39,015 bases of DNA from Stramenopiles sp. TOSAG23-2 (lineage: Eukaryota). This document shows positions 1-11,352 of this stretch, piece by piece. The stretch's first letter is position 1. Each line of letters begins with the position of its first letter. Under the pieces are notes generated by a model. The model saw nothing but the letters and a program-made list of their open reading frames with translations, ran no database searches and had not been told where the DNA came from. Where the stretch lies: contig LT649314.1 in NCBI GenBank assembly GCA_900128395.1, positions 1-39,015 on the forward strand, given 5' to 3'. Both the position numbers and the translations under genes were made by a program.

Positions 1-406
1 CCTGCACACGCCTTCGGCGTGTCTCCTTTCCCCTTCTTCATATATGGTGCAGCCCCTGAGAGGAGGTTAGCGATTTCTAATGACGAAAATTAATAATGTG
101 GTATTAATTAAGCGGTCGACGAGGTATTTAGTATACAGGTTCGAAATGTCATTAGGGGGGAGGAGTAGCTGAGTATATAAAATATAACCAATTACTATAC
201 CTATTTTACTGGAAAAAAAAAAAAAAAAACTTTTAGGGCGGCACCACCACACAGGGGAGGTATATTTATTGTTTTGTGATGAATAATGGAAATGCACAAA
301 TATACTATTATAATACAAATATCCTTTGTATAGTAATAGGAGGTTCAATATAAATTATATATAATCTAGAGATATGAGAAGTTAAAAATCATAAATAGTA
401 TACTGT

Positions 407-710
407 GTATAATTACGATGGAAGACGAACCACCATTGCGAATGTTTAAAAATTGGTTGGTAGCTACGACTAGTAAAAAAGCAACATCCTATTTTAAAAG
501 AAATGGTAATAATGACAATAATGATAATAATAATAATAATAATAATTTCAAATATTTAGTATAATTACGATGGAAGACGAACCACCATTGCGAATGTTTA
601 AAAATTGGTTGGTAGCTACGACTAGTAAAAAAGCAACATCCTATTTTAAAAGAAATGGTAATAATGACAATAATGATAATAATAATAATAATAATAATTT
701 CAAATATTTA
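407..710. repeat. Exact tandem duplication, 152-bp unit (407-558, 559-710)
   Basis: Two identical copies, each containing the BRCT gene start (ATG at 418 and 570). Confidence 0.95.
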
Positions 711-1133
711 GCTCATTTGGTAAAGATATGTGGCGCAACGCACAGTAAAATTGTACATAAACGAGTTAAAATGGTAATATCTACAGATGATGCATTTAAA
801 TATAAAACCCAATCTATTCGTAAAGCGATCAAATATAAAATACCGATTATACATGTCAATTTCTTAAAAGAATGTTATGAAAATAAAAAAATTGTACAGC
901 TTGATAAATATATTTTAAAAGATAACGATAATGAGATGTCTACATATTTTGATGAAATAATTGTAAAACAGAAAGCAGCATTAGAAAAACAACCAAAGAA
1001 ATCTAGAACCTTTGAGCCGAAAGACAGTAAGGATTTAACGGAAAAAGATAGAAAGAAAAAGAAAAAAAAGGATAAAAAAGAGAAGAAGAAGAAGAAGAAG
1101 AAGAAGAAGAAAAAGAAAGATACTGCTGAATAA
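570..1133 (+). CDS. Small BRCT-domain protein with C-terminal poly-Lys tail
   Basis: LAHLVKICGATHSKIVHKRVKMVIS...IRKAIKYKIPIIHVNFLKECY follows the BRCT pattern. The 5' end is duplicated (first ATG copy at 418). Confidence 0.7.
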   Translation: MEDEPPLRMFKNWLVATTSKKATSYFKRNGNNDNNDNNNNNNNFKYLAHLVKICGATHSKIVHKRVKMVISTDDAFKYKTQSIRKAIKYKIPIIHVNFLKECYENKKIVQLDKYILKDNDNEMSTYFDEIIVKQKAALEKQPKKSRTFEPKDSKDLTEKDRKKKKKKDKKEKKKKKKKKKKKKDTAE

Positions 1134-1423
1134 AAAATTAAAATATTTTGATATCGATAGATAAATGATATCAAATAATATACGAGTATTATTTATAAAT
1201 ATTATAGAAGTGTAATACGAGAAGAGTATTTTATAATAATTTTTTACCACGAAGTGTAAAAATATATATATAATGCTGAATAAAAAATTAAAATATTTTG
1301 ATATCGATAGATAAATGATATCAAATAATATACGAGTATTATTTATAAATATTATAGAAGTGTAATACGAGAAGAGTATTTTATAATAATTTTTTACCAC
1401 GAAGTGTAAAAATATATATATAA
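1124..1423. repeat. Exact tandem duplication, 150-bp unit (1124-1273, 1274-1423)
   Basis: TGCTGAATAAAAAATTAAAATATTTTG... repeats with a 150-bp period. Confidence 0.95.
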
Positions 1424-1462
1424 ATATTACGAATATGTTATTTTTTTAACACACACCCTCTT

Positions 1463-2691
1463 TTAATTTTCAGCCGAACTGCCTGTCGATCCTGAGGAAC
1501 TTCCTGTTGCTGAAGATGTGCTCGTCATCAATGTAACGCTTGTTATGGTTGTTGTTACAAGCTTTGATTTTGAAGGTTTGGTTGTTGCAGTAGCTAATAT
1601 TGCTACGGTTGTATTACCAATACTAGTAGATATATTTTCAACCGAAGCCGTGCTATTATTCTCATTAGATGATGAGAAAATTTTTTTAATGAGGTTTGGT
1701 TCGAATTGTTATGGTTGTTGTTACAAGCTTTGATTTTGAAGGTTTGGTTGTTGCAGTAGCTAATATTGCTACGGTTGTATTACCAATACTAGTAGATATA
1801 TTTTCAACCGAAGCCGTGCTATTATTCTCATTAGATGATGAGAAAATTTTTTTAATGAGGTTTGGTTCGAATTTAAATATTTCATTTTCTTTTACGTGCG
1901 CTTTATCCCATGATATGCTTGATCGAATTGCAAGATATGCAATGACATTTCCATTATCTGGTTTATCCACTAGATTTTGCGCTGAATTTTTCATCCAGCA
2001 CCGATCATTACCTGTAAATACAACAGCTTGGCAATCTAAAGTCGATTCACTACAATAATTACAGCAATCCTCTATTGAGCTACCAAGTTTACTTCCTATA
2101 TCTGATTGAGAAATATCATGGTGCAATATAATGGTAAATCCAAGTTCTTTGCATTTTTGAAACTTTTGTTGACTTGTTAATATAACCTTTTCTGATTGAA
2201 CAATATTTGTTGTTTGATCGGATTTAATTACAGTAGATGTTGTATCTGCTGTAGCAATTGTTGTTGTTGTTGTTGTTGTTGTTGTTACTGTTGATGATGA
2301 CGATGAGGATAACAATGGTAGAGATGAATTCGCTGTCACACTTCTTGTAGTGTTAGATATCAAACTTGTGGAAATTACAGTAGATGTTGTATCTGCTGTA
2401 GCAATTGTTGTTGTTGTTGTTGTTGTTGTTGTTACTGTTGATGATGACGATGAGGATAACAATGGTAGAGATGAATTCGCTGTCACACTTCTTGTAGTGT
2501 TAGATATCAAACTTGTGGAAGCTGATGTAACAGTTTCTGTTGGATACTTGAACGATGCTGTTGTAACTTTCAATGGGGATGGTGTTGTAATTTTTAATGT
2601 GCTTCTGGTGACTTTCAATGATCCCTTTATTTTTCTTTTCTTTCCGTTTCATTGACAACGTCTTGTTTTTTTTCACATTTCTCGGCTTCAT
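1463..2691 (-). CDS. Ser/Thr-rich mucin-like protein with one PAN/Apple domain (frame disrupted in this assembly)
   Basis: ORF 1686..2618 contains C...DIG...DCCNYC...CQAVVF...RCWMK, a PAN/Apple Cys pattern. Collapsing the 166-bp duplication extends the frame to ...TGSSAEN* (stop at 1463). The likely ATG at 2691 (MKPRNV) is one base out of frame, so the 5' end is uncertain. Confidence 0.6.
1540..1871. repeat. Exact tandem duplication, 166-bp unit (1540-1705, 1706-1871), frameshifting the PAN gene
   Basis: TTGTTATGGTTGTTGTTACAAGC... occurs at 1540 and 1706. Confidence 0.95.
2226..2519. repeat. Exact in-frame tandem duplication, 147-bp unit (49 aa)
   Basis: AATTACAGTAGATGTTG... at 2226 and 2373; visible as a repeated peptide in the ORF. 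Confidence 0.95.
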
Positions 2692-3295
2692 TTTATAACA
2701 GTAATAGCGTGACAATATATATGTATATATATATATATAAATATAATATAATACCGTTGTATTTGTGATATTGAATGTATTGAGTCTAATAATCTGTTCT
2801 ATTATATATATAAATATAAATATAAATATATATATTTATGTGTATGAAATGTGTGCATCATTATTCTAATTATGGTGCATAGCCCATTGGAAAATGTGTT
2901 CAACATATAAATACCTTAAACAAAAACCTACTTTTTAAGGATACGATGATACATAGATATAGCATATAAATAAGAAGTAAGTCCTTATATCTTTAATAGG
3001 TTAAGGTTTTCCATCGATATATGTACTTCGACACTACTCTTTCTTCCTCCGAGAAAGAGTCTGACGTAGATCTAGACGACTACGGTGGTACTTCATTCGA
3101 CATCTGGAATCCGACATCAACACACACGGACGTTATTAAAAAAATCCAGGCAGGTATTCAAAACACAAACAAAAAAAAATAATATAAATATTTATTACGT
3201 GGAAAATAGAAAAGTAGATAGAGAAAGTAAAATATATTAATATATAATATATATATATATATATAAAGAAAAAAGAAATATAAAAAATAATACAG

Positions 3296-5349
3296 ATGGA
3301 TGATGATGAAATATCAAAATGGGAACCAGATGCAATATCTGCACCATCTAAGCGAATGCAAAATACAATTTTAAATCCAGAGGAGGAGATGAATGTTGTG
3401 TCGAATAATAATACGAATTCAAAAAAGAAAGTTCTTGTAACCGTTTCTGTTCCTATTAAAATACAACGGTTATGGCTTGCTGAACTTAGTCGTTTAGATG
3501 ATTCACATACTATCAAGTCAGCTTTACAAGCTTTAAAACGTTTATCCTCTCCAGATAAAATGCCTGTGGAAAGAATTGCATCTTTTGTAGCTTTATTTGC
3601 AGCAAACCATGATCATAAAGTACATCGACCGTTTACCCGTCGTGCATGTGTACAAGTTTTTACAAATTTATGTACAGATAGAACATCGGAACTTGAACGA
3701 TATGTCGGTCGTATTGCAAATTCCATATGTGGCTATTGCGGAGATGATGATCCTGGTGTACGGAGGTCTTGCGCTGTAGGATTTGAAGCTCTTGTTACTG
3801 AAGTTATTTCTACTTTAAATGGTACAAATCAATCTCAAGCATTAGATTCGGCAATAGTACCTATAAAGGAATTATTAAAAACAAGCCATAATCCACGTGT
3901 ACAAGATGGTGGTGCTATGTGCCTTGCACATGTATTAGATGCATGTGAAGGTATGGTAAACTCTGAAAAATTAGCTGCGAAATTAATTCCTACCCTTTTA
4001 AAGCGTCTTCGACGTACCAAACCGATGGCAAAAGCATCTATGTTGAATGCTATTTCTGCTTGTGTTTGCCGTTCTAGTGATTTATTTGCACGTTATGCAG
4101 TCGATATCGTCACAGCGTTGTTAAATGATATACGAAATGCAACAGAAAGTACAGGTGGTTGGCAAGGCAAAAAGTGCGCTGTAGATATTTTAACGCAAAT
4201 TGGTGAAGCTGTACCGCTTTCATTGCATTTAATTGAAGATGTACGTGATGCATTGGAAAATCTTCGTTTCGATAAAGTACCTGCCGTTCGAGATTGTGTA
4301 AAAGATTCATTAGCAGTATATGATAATGCATCAAGAATTGCATCGCAAAAAGAGAAAGATAAGAAAACAAAACTTAGAAAACCAGGTGAAGATGATGGCA
4401 GTAGTAGCAAAAATGAGTCTACAAAAGAGCAAGAAGAAGAATCATATATGCCAAGGAAAGAAACCATTAATAGTAATAATAAGCAGCAAACGATGAAAAA
4501 TAGTCGTAATAAATATAATAAAAGTACAGTAATTGAAAAGCGTATGGTGGGTGAAAGGAGGAAAAAAATACCAGATGATACATTTGAAGGTAAAATGGAT
4601 AATAATGGTAGTGGTGGTGATCAATCAGTACCAAATGATGACGATAAAAGTAAGAAGCAAAAAGGGAATGACCCAGCAATGAATGCAATAAAACAATTTT
4701 CATTACAAAATAGACAGTTACGGCGTGATTTTGATTATTTCAGAGAAGAAACACAAAATCATTTAACAAGCATACAACGTCAAGTAAATTCGATGGAAAC
4801 TATGTTAAGAAAACTTACTGCAACTTACGGCGTGATTTTGATTATTTCAGAGAAGAAACACAAAATCATTTAACAAGCATACAACGTCAAGTAAATTCGA
4901 TGGAAACTATGTTAAGAAAACTTACTGCAACTGTGGAAGGTATCAACGCACATGGAATGAATCCTCATACAACTGTGCAAAAAACTATTTATAGAACTTA
5001 CAATAATAAAAATCAAAGTAATAATAGTATGAGGAGTAGACCTGGAAGGACAGAGGAAGTTTTTGAAGAAGCATTAAGTAATTACGAAGAAAATGAATTT
5101 GTTCGATTTGCTGGTAAATTTGGTGTGAAATCATTAAGTAAATTATCGCTTGCAACACAAAAAAAAACTTTATTACGCATGTTGGAAGCGATGGAAAATA
5201 AGAAATTTATAGGCCAATACATTCCATGGTTTGAACAAACGGTCAATTTAAACATTCATCATAAAGTTTTTGTTGGTCCAGGTGTGTATCATCGTGTTGT
5301 TGCATTGTTATCTAAGTTACATGAGACAAAGTTACTTAAAAGTTTTTAA
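3296..5349 (+). CDS. TORTIFOLIA1/SPIRAL2-like microtubule-associated HEAT/TOG protein (648 aa after collapsing the 107-bp duplication)
   Basis: N-terminal HEAT repeats (LSRLDDSHTIKSALQAL; LRFDKVPAVRD), a disordered linker, a coiled coil, and a C-terminal helical domain in ORF 4900..5349. Removing 107 bp leaves 1947 nt, one open frame. Confidence 0.7.
4718..4931. repeat. Exact tandem duplication, 107-bp unit, frameshifting the HEAT gene
   Basis: TTACGGCGTGATTTTGATT... at 4718 and 4825. Confidence 0.95.
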
Positions 5350-5529
5350 ATTTTAGATTTGAGAATAATCATCTGGTGCATCTGTATAATCTGTTTAATA
5401 TCTGTACCTGTAGTTGTTGCATTGTTATCTAAGTTACATGAGACAAAGTTACTTAAAAGTTTTTAAATTTTAGATTTGAGAATAATCATCTGGTGCATCT
5501 GTATAATCTGTTTAATATCTGTACCTGTA
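5296..5529. repeat. Exact tandem duplication, 117-bp unit, spanning the HEAT gene stop codon
   Basis: GTTGTTGCATTGTTATCTAAG... at 5296 and 5413. Confidence 0.95.
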
Positions 5530-5949
5530 CTACCTGGCCCTAGGCTGGCTGGGCTGGCCGGGCTGGTATGATTGAAATAATTTCAATAAAAAAATAATAG
5601 ACAGCGTTATAAATAGCAAGCTAATATACCACCAGTAATATTAATATAAATAGGTATAAATATTTTGTACCTGGTATTGTTAAGTGCAAAAATAATAGTA
5701 CCTGGTAGTATCAAAAAACCTGATATTGTTTAAGTGCAAAAATAATAGTAGTATCAAAAAACCACAAGCAACACAACAGGTAGTAAAAAATATATAAATA
5801 TATACCAAGTAATATTCTTAATTGTAAGAATAATACAATATATTATCATAGAGTATACAATATGAAAAATGCAATCACATAAACATCGTTGTCTCATATA
5901 TAAATATCTACACAGACCCAAACACACACACACACACAAATTTTAAATC

Positions 5950-8079
5950 ATGGATGAACTCTTAAGCGAGCGATGGGAATGGTATTATGAAAATAGGTTA
6001 AAGCATCCATCAGAAGCACAAGAAGAGAATATACGTAAACTTGATTTTCTTTTAGTTATTAAAAAAAATGGAATAATGTCTATCATAGAGATTGCTATCA
6101 AAGTACTTGAACAAGCTAAAATATATTCCAAAGATGGACATGTTATCTTGTCCTATGTATTTGCTACACGTGCAGAAAAAATGATGGATAAAATGAAAAT
6201 TGTCGCTCCAAGTATAATGAACAATGCTAGGAATAAAAAATTGTATCTAGATGTCGTGGAAATGTGTCAAACATTTAAAGAAAAGGCGAAAGAAAATATT
6301 ATGGAAACTTTAAGAGATGATATTAAAGAGGAACAGGAAGAAATGAAAAAAGCAGAGGCAAACGTTAGGAACATAGAACAAAAAATTGGTTTGGATGGTT
6401 TAATGGGTGATGGTGCCAAAGGAAACAGCAATGATGATTTTGACGATGACGATTTTGATGATGATTTATATGACGATTTAGAGGTTAGTTTTAAAAACAA
6501 GGAAGAAAATGTTGAAGTTTTTGATTTTATTAATGATGGTAGTAACAAAACTAATCAGGAGGCAAATAATAATAAAAACAAGGAAATGGAACAAGATGAC
6601 AATATAAGCCCTGATTATGAAAATGTTAATGCCGAAGCCGTCGTAGTTGCAACTGATGATGATGCATCCAATAATTATAGTAATGTAATTGCTATTGAAC
6701 CAGGTGCAATAGTATTAAATGATAACAACAACGATGTGTTAATTATTGAAGATACAAATGTTTTAGAAATTAACCCTGACGCACCACCAGATGCTATAGT
6801 TCATGGTGAATTTGATAATAATACCAACATAAATAGCAACGTCAATATTAATAACAGCGATGGGGTTATCGTAGCAACATCTTTAAACAATAACACGAAC
6901 AACCAACCACCACCACCTTTATATGTTGGTTCCGTAATTCCTACGATGCAAGAAAATAATAATAATAATAATAATGCGATGATAAAAGAAGAAAGATTTG
7001 ATACATCTGCATTTTCTAATTTATATGGTAATAATACAAATACAAATAATAACAGTCCATTAGTAAAACCAATAATCGTAAAAAAACTTAGTAATAAAAA
7101 GAAAAATATCACGACAGCAACATTTGTACCACCCCCTTCGTCTACTACTAATACGGTTAGTAATGATAACAAAAATAACAACAATGGTAGAAAAAAACAA
7201 GATAAATTTGTCGTGAAACCAATACAAGTTATTGAAAAAATTAAATGGCGTGTTGGGGATAAAGTTGATATTGAGGATGTATTTATGTCAAAACAAGGTG
7301 CAGGCGTTGTACGTAAATGGAGAAAAGGTCGAGTAATTTCTATAAAAGATAATAGGCGCGTCAAAGTACGATATATTGAACCACCATTTAATAAACCAAA
7401 ATGGGATGAAAATATTGATATGAGTTTTGAAAAACAAAAATGTCGTATAGCTGATCCAGGGACATATACAAAAACATTAGATTTGCAATGGATGAGTAAA
7501 TCAGAGCGTTTTAAAGTTGGTATGCGTAATAATGGATATTCAATATATCAAATGCGGGGAGATGGTAATTGCTTATTTCGAAGTGTGGCACATCAAATAT
7601 GGAATGATGCAGAACGTCATGGTAAATTAAGATGGGCTGTTTGTGAGCATATGTTGCGTAATCGTGGACAATTTGCGGAAGTCTTAGGAGCGTTAATGCC
7701 TGGTCCTAATGGTTTTGAAAGGTATGTGGAGCGTATGCGTTATCCATGTCAAGGTGGAAGAGGCGAATGGGGTGGTGATCCTGAAATACGAGTGATGGAA
7801 GAATTATTAGATCGGCCGATTGAAGTATGGGATGTAGAACATGGACCGGAGGCACCAAGTAATATACATTTAGAAGGCTCATTACCAGATTATGTTTTAA
7901 ATGAAGTTGCACCAATACGGATAAGTTATCATGGGAAAAATCATTACAATTCTGTAATTTATGATAAACATATTCATAAATATCCATATGGATTACCAAG
8001 GACGACTTTAATACGTGATTTTCGAAAAAAATTAGAAAGAGAGGAGAGAGATGCAAGGTTGAAAAATGGATTTAAATAA
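5950..8079 (+). CDS. OTU-family deubiquitinase with a Tudor/Agenet-like domain and a possible N-terminal USP8/AMSH MIT-like domain
   Basis: Catalytic motifs GDGNCLFRSVA (Cys codon 7570) and SYHGKNHYNSV; WRVGDKVDI...WRKGRVI...VKVRY resembles a Tudor-like barrel. Confidence 0.85.
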   Translation: MDELLSERWEWYYENRLKHPSEAQEENIRKLDFLLVIKKNGIMSIIEIAIKVLEQAKIYSKDGHVILSYVFATRAEKMMDKMKIVAPSIMNNARNKKLYLDVVEMCQTFKEKAKENIMETLRDDIKEEQEEMKKAEANVRNIEQKIGLDGLMGDGAKGNSNDDFDDDDFDDDLYDDLEVSFKNKEENVEVFDFINDGSNKTNQEANNNKNKEMEQDDNISPDYENVNAEAVVVATDDDASNNYSNVIAIEPGAIVLNDNNNDVLIIEDTNVLEINPDAPPDAIVHGEFDNNTNINSNVNINNSDGVIVATSLNNNTNNQPPPPLYVGSVIPTMQENNNNNNNAMIKEERFDTSAFSNLYGNNTNTNNNSPLVKPIIVKKLSNKKKNITTATFVPPPSSTTNTVSNDNKNNNNGRKKQDKFVVKPIQVIEKIKWRVGDKVDIEDVFMSKQGAGVVRKWRKGRVISIKDNRRVKVRYIEPPFNKPKWDENIDMSFEKQKCRIADPGTYTKTLDLQWMSKSERFKVGMRNNGYSIYQMRGDGNCLFRSVAHQIWNDAERHGKLRWAVCEHMLRNRGQFAEVLGALMPGPNGFERYVERMRYPCQGGRGEWGGDPEIRVMEELLDRPIEVWDVEHGPEAPSNIHLEGSLPDYVLNEVAPIRISYHGKNHYNSVIYDKHIHKYPYGLPRTTLIRDFRKKLEREERDARLKNGFK

Positions 8080-8226
8080 AAAAAAAGAAATTTTACGAAC
8101 ACACCCACGCAATACCACACACTATCATAAAATCATCGAACTAATTTTTTTTCCACACGCGACGTAGGAAGATATATAAGGAGCTCTTATAATTACCTTT
8201 TTCAGCACACACAAAAACATATTTTT

Positions 8227-9810
8227 TTACTCGGTAGCTGCCATAATTGGATCTTCATCTCCTTCCCAAAACATAGTACGCCTAACTGCTCTTTTCCATT
8301 TTGAAAATTCATTTTGAAATGATTTCTTTGGAGTAAAACGTTTGTTTTCTTTCCATTGTGATTTAATATCATCAATTGATCCCCAAAAACCAACAGCTAA
8401 ACCAGCAACATATGCAGCACCCAATGCCGTAGTCTCAACAATAACTGGACGTACTACTTCAGTATCTAAAATATCAGCTTGTGCTTGTAAAATATCATCA
8501 TTTACAGTCATCCCACCATCAACACGTAGTTGTGATAATTGCACATTGACTTGTTGTTGTTCACAATCTTGAACCATAGCATCAAATACTTCACGTGTTT
8601 GGTAACATACTGCTTCAATGGTTGCACGTAACAAATGGCTTTTATTTGCATACCGTGTTAAGCCTAATATTGCACCACGTGCATGATCTTTCCAATATGG
8701 TGCATATAATCCAGCAAAAGCAGGAACAAAAAAAACACCACCATTATCTTTCGCCGCTTTGTCAGTTACTTCTTGCGGTTTATCAATAATTTGCAAATTA
8801 TCTTTTAACCAATCAACTGCAGCACCCGCAAATGCAACAGAGCCTTCTAATGCATAAACTGTTTTCGCATCTTTACCAAGTTTATATGCAACAGTAGTTA
8901 ATAAACCATGCGTACTTGGAACACAATCTTCACCTGTATTTACTAACATGAAGCATCCAGTGCCATATGTATTTTTAGCTTGACCTGGATCATAAGCAGC
9001 TTGTCCAAATAATGCTGCTTGTTGATCACCTAAAACACCACTAAATGGTATTTTTGACATAGGACCATTTTCAATACCATATCCATAAATTTCAGATGAA
9101 GAACATATCGTTGGCAACACACTAGTTGGTATCCCTAATTTAGCACATATAGTTTCATCCCATGTACATGTTTTAATATCCATTAACAATGTTCTAGAAG
9201 CGTTGCTTACATCGGTTACATGGATGCCATCTTTCGTACCACCAGTTAAATTCCATAATAACCACGTGTCAATAGTACCAAAAAGCACTTCGCCACGTAA
9301 AGCAGCATCTTTTATTGTACCACCTTTACCGGATAATGTATCTTCCTGAGCAAGTAACCACTTTAATTTCGTGCCAGCAAAATATGGACTGATAGGCAAA
9401 CCTACTTTATCTCTTAATTGATCTTGCCCAGCATCATCACTTTTAATCAATTCATCACATATATCTTTTGTCCTCATATCCATCCAAACCAATGCATTAT
9501 AATATGGTTTACCAGTTTCTTTATTCCAAACAACAGTGGTTTCACGTTGATTTGTTATACCAATACAAGCAATTTCATCTGTTTTAATATCACGCTTCAA
9601 TGTATTTTTTGGATTGTCACCACTCATCGCTTGTTGAACAGTATTGGTTACGGATGCTAAAATTTCATTTGGATCATGTTCACATTCTCCTTCATTTGGC
9701 GTATGTTGTGTAAATTCTTGTTGTGCCGTACTTACAATATCACCATTTTTATTAAATATTATGAACCTAGACGATGTAGTACCTTGATCAATTGCACCAA
9801 CATATGACAT
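8227..9810 (-). CDS. GK: Glycerol kinase (FGGY family)
   Basis: AIDQGTTSSR, GITNQRETTVVW, TDVSNASRT, GDQQAALFGQ, AKNTYGTGCF, LRVDGG, ETTALGAA. Confidence 0.97.
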   Translation of the reverse strand: MSYVGAIDQGTTSSRFIIFNKNGDIVSTAQQEFTQHTPNEGECEHDPNEILASVTNTVQQAMSGDNPKNTLKRDIKTDEIACIGITNQRETTVVWNKETGKPYYNALVWMDMRTKDICDELIKSDDAGQDQLRDKVGLPISPYFAGTKLKWLLAQEDTLSGKGGTIKDAALRGEVLFGTIDTWLLWNLTGGTKDGIHVTDVSNASRTLLMDIKTCTWDETICAKLGIPTSVLPTICSSSEIYGYGIENGPMSKIPFSGVLGDQQAALFGQAAYDPGQAKNTYGTGCFMLVNTGEDCVPSTHGLLTTVAYKLGKDAKTVYALEGSVAFAGAAVDWLKDNLQIIDKPQEVTDKAAKDNGGVFFVPAFAGLYAPYWKDHARGAILGLTRYANKSHLLRATIEAVCYQTREVFDAMVQDCEQQQVNVQLSQLRVDGGMTVNDDILQAQADILDTEVVRPVIVETTALGAAYVAGLAVGFWGSIDDIKSQWKENKRFTPKKSFQNEFSKWKRAVRRTMFWEGDEDPIMAATE

Positions 9811-10383
9811 TGTATATATATATATATATATGTATCGATATATGCTTCTTTATATATACTTTAATTTGTAGTACGACTTGTTTTAATGTATTTGTAAAAA
9901 TATAATATGCAATGTATTATATCAGTTTATCTTGTTTCTAATAATAATATATACTTTATAGAAAAGAAAAAAGATAATTTTACATGTGCATTGATTCAAG
10001 ATATTGTTGATGTTGTGTGGTGTGTGTATAGAAATCGGAAATCTGTGATGTGCACACAGGCCCCATTCTGGCATTCTTTTGTTTTAAGGAAGTTTCCATT
10101 CCAATTTAAAGTATAGATAAAACTGTTTTAGTCGTCTCCACATCAGTGAAATCAGCTGCAACACGCGCACGGAACAGCAATGGTATGAACCTGTTAATAA
10201 ACAGGCAAAAGTCACTATTTCTACAATATTATATTGATGATATATATATAGTAATATGAAAATAAAAAAACAAGTAATATATATATATACATAGTAGTAA
10301 TCTGTCTACAAAATTAATTTAGAGATATGTATTATATTATTATATATAAAAATAATAAATAAATTATAAATCAAACACATATT

Positions 10384-11352
10384 ATGGGTAATTCATGTTC
10401 TACAATCCATGAATCGAGAGCAGATTATTATTATCGTCGTCGTGAACAATATTTGCAAAATAATCGACGTGATCTAATTAGGCCGCAAATACATCATGAA
10501 CTATTGCAATGGACTCGTACAAGACGTACTGTTAAATACAATAAAAAAATGTTGGTTGAACGAGACATGTTTGGATATACTCCATTACATATATGCGCAT
10601 TAAATAATAATTCGAGAGATGCAAAAAATTTTATTAAGCATATGGAAGATATTGAAATAAAAGCTTATACCACCGACCGCACACCATTGCATATTGCTGC
10701 ATTCAATCAATCTTCTGAAGTTGTAGAAGCAATTGTCAAAAGCAGGAAAGCAAATGTGAATGTTGTTGATAAAGATCTTTCTACACCATTTCATTTAGTT
10801 TTCACAACTCGACGTTCTTACACTGCGATTAAAAAAATTACGTATTATTTGATTACAAATGGTGGGAATTTGTTCCAAAAAAATTCGAAAAATTATTCTC
10901 CATTAGATTATTGCATTAATAATGATTATTACAATTTGACTGGAAAGCATCTTGAAAACTATAGCAATGGTTATATTTTTTTACTAGCAAAAAATATGTT
11001 AAGTCAATATTCCGAATTTTACGACAATGGCATGGAAATGATATTCTTATACAATGTTTTACCATATTTAATAGCTGATAAAGAGATGATTACGTTCATT
11101 GCAAAAGAGTGTGCTGATATTAAGATAAGATCAAAACAGAAAAGAGTATCGGATGTAGAAAACAAGGATGATGAACATAAAATATCAGAAGATGATGATG
11201 AAGAAAAGGAGGCAGAAAAAATAAATGCAAATGAAGACGATGATGATGAAGATGATAAATATGAATTTAAAACTTCAGTTAATATGCTTGAAAATGATAT
11301 TAAAAAATTATTGGATCCATATTTATACAAGCAATTGAATATTGTATCTTAA
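10384..11352 (+). CDS. Ankyrin-repeat protein with an N-terminal acylation-like motif and acidic tail
   Basis: GYTPLHICA, RTPLHIAA, STPFHL and SPLDY repeats; MGNSCS N-terminus. Confidence 0.85.
   Translation: MGNSCSTIHESRADYYYRRREQYLQNNRRDLIRPQIHHELLQWTRTRRTVKYNKKMLVERDMFGYTPLHICALNNNSRDAKNFIKHMEDIEIKAYTTDRTPLHIAAFNQSSEVVEAIVKSRKANVNVVDKDLSTPFHLVFTTRRSYTAIKKITYYLITNGGNLFQKNSKNYSPLDYCINNDYYNLTGKHLENYSNGYIFLLAKNMLSQYSEFYDNGMEMIFLYNVLPYLIADKEMITFIAKECADIKIRSKQKRVSDVENKDDEHKISEDDDEEKEAEKINANEDDDDEDDKYEFKTSVNMLENDIKKLLDPYLYKQLNIVS

Noticed and set aside
1-70. Hairpin ACACGCC-TTC-GGCGTGT at the window start as an ncRNA
   Set aside because: It is only a 7-bp stem with no recognisable RNA family, and it is truncated by the window edge.
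3036-3064. 9-bp hairpin ACTCTTTCT/AGAAAGAGT followed by CTGA as a snoRNA
   Set aside because: No convincing C box or guide sequence was seen.
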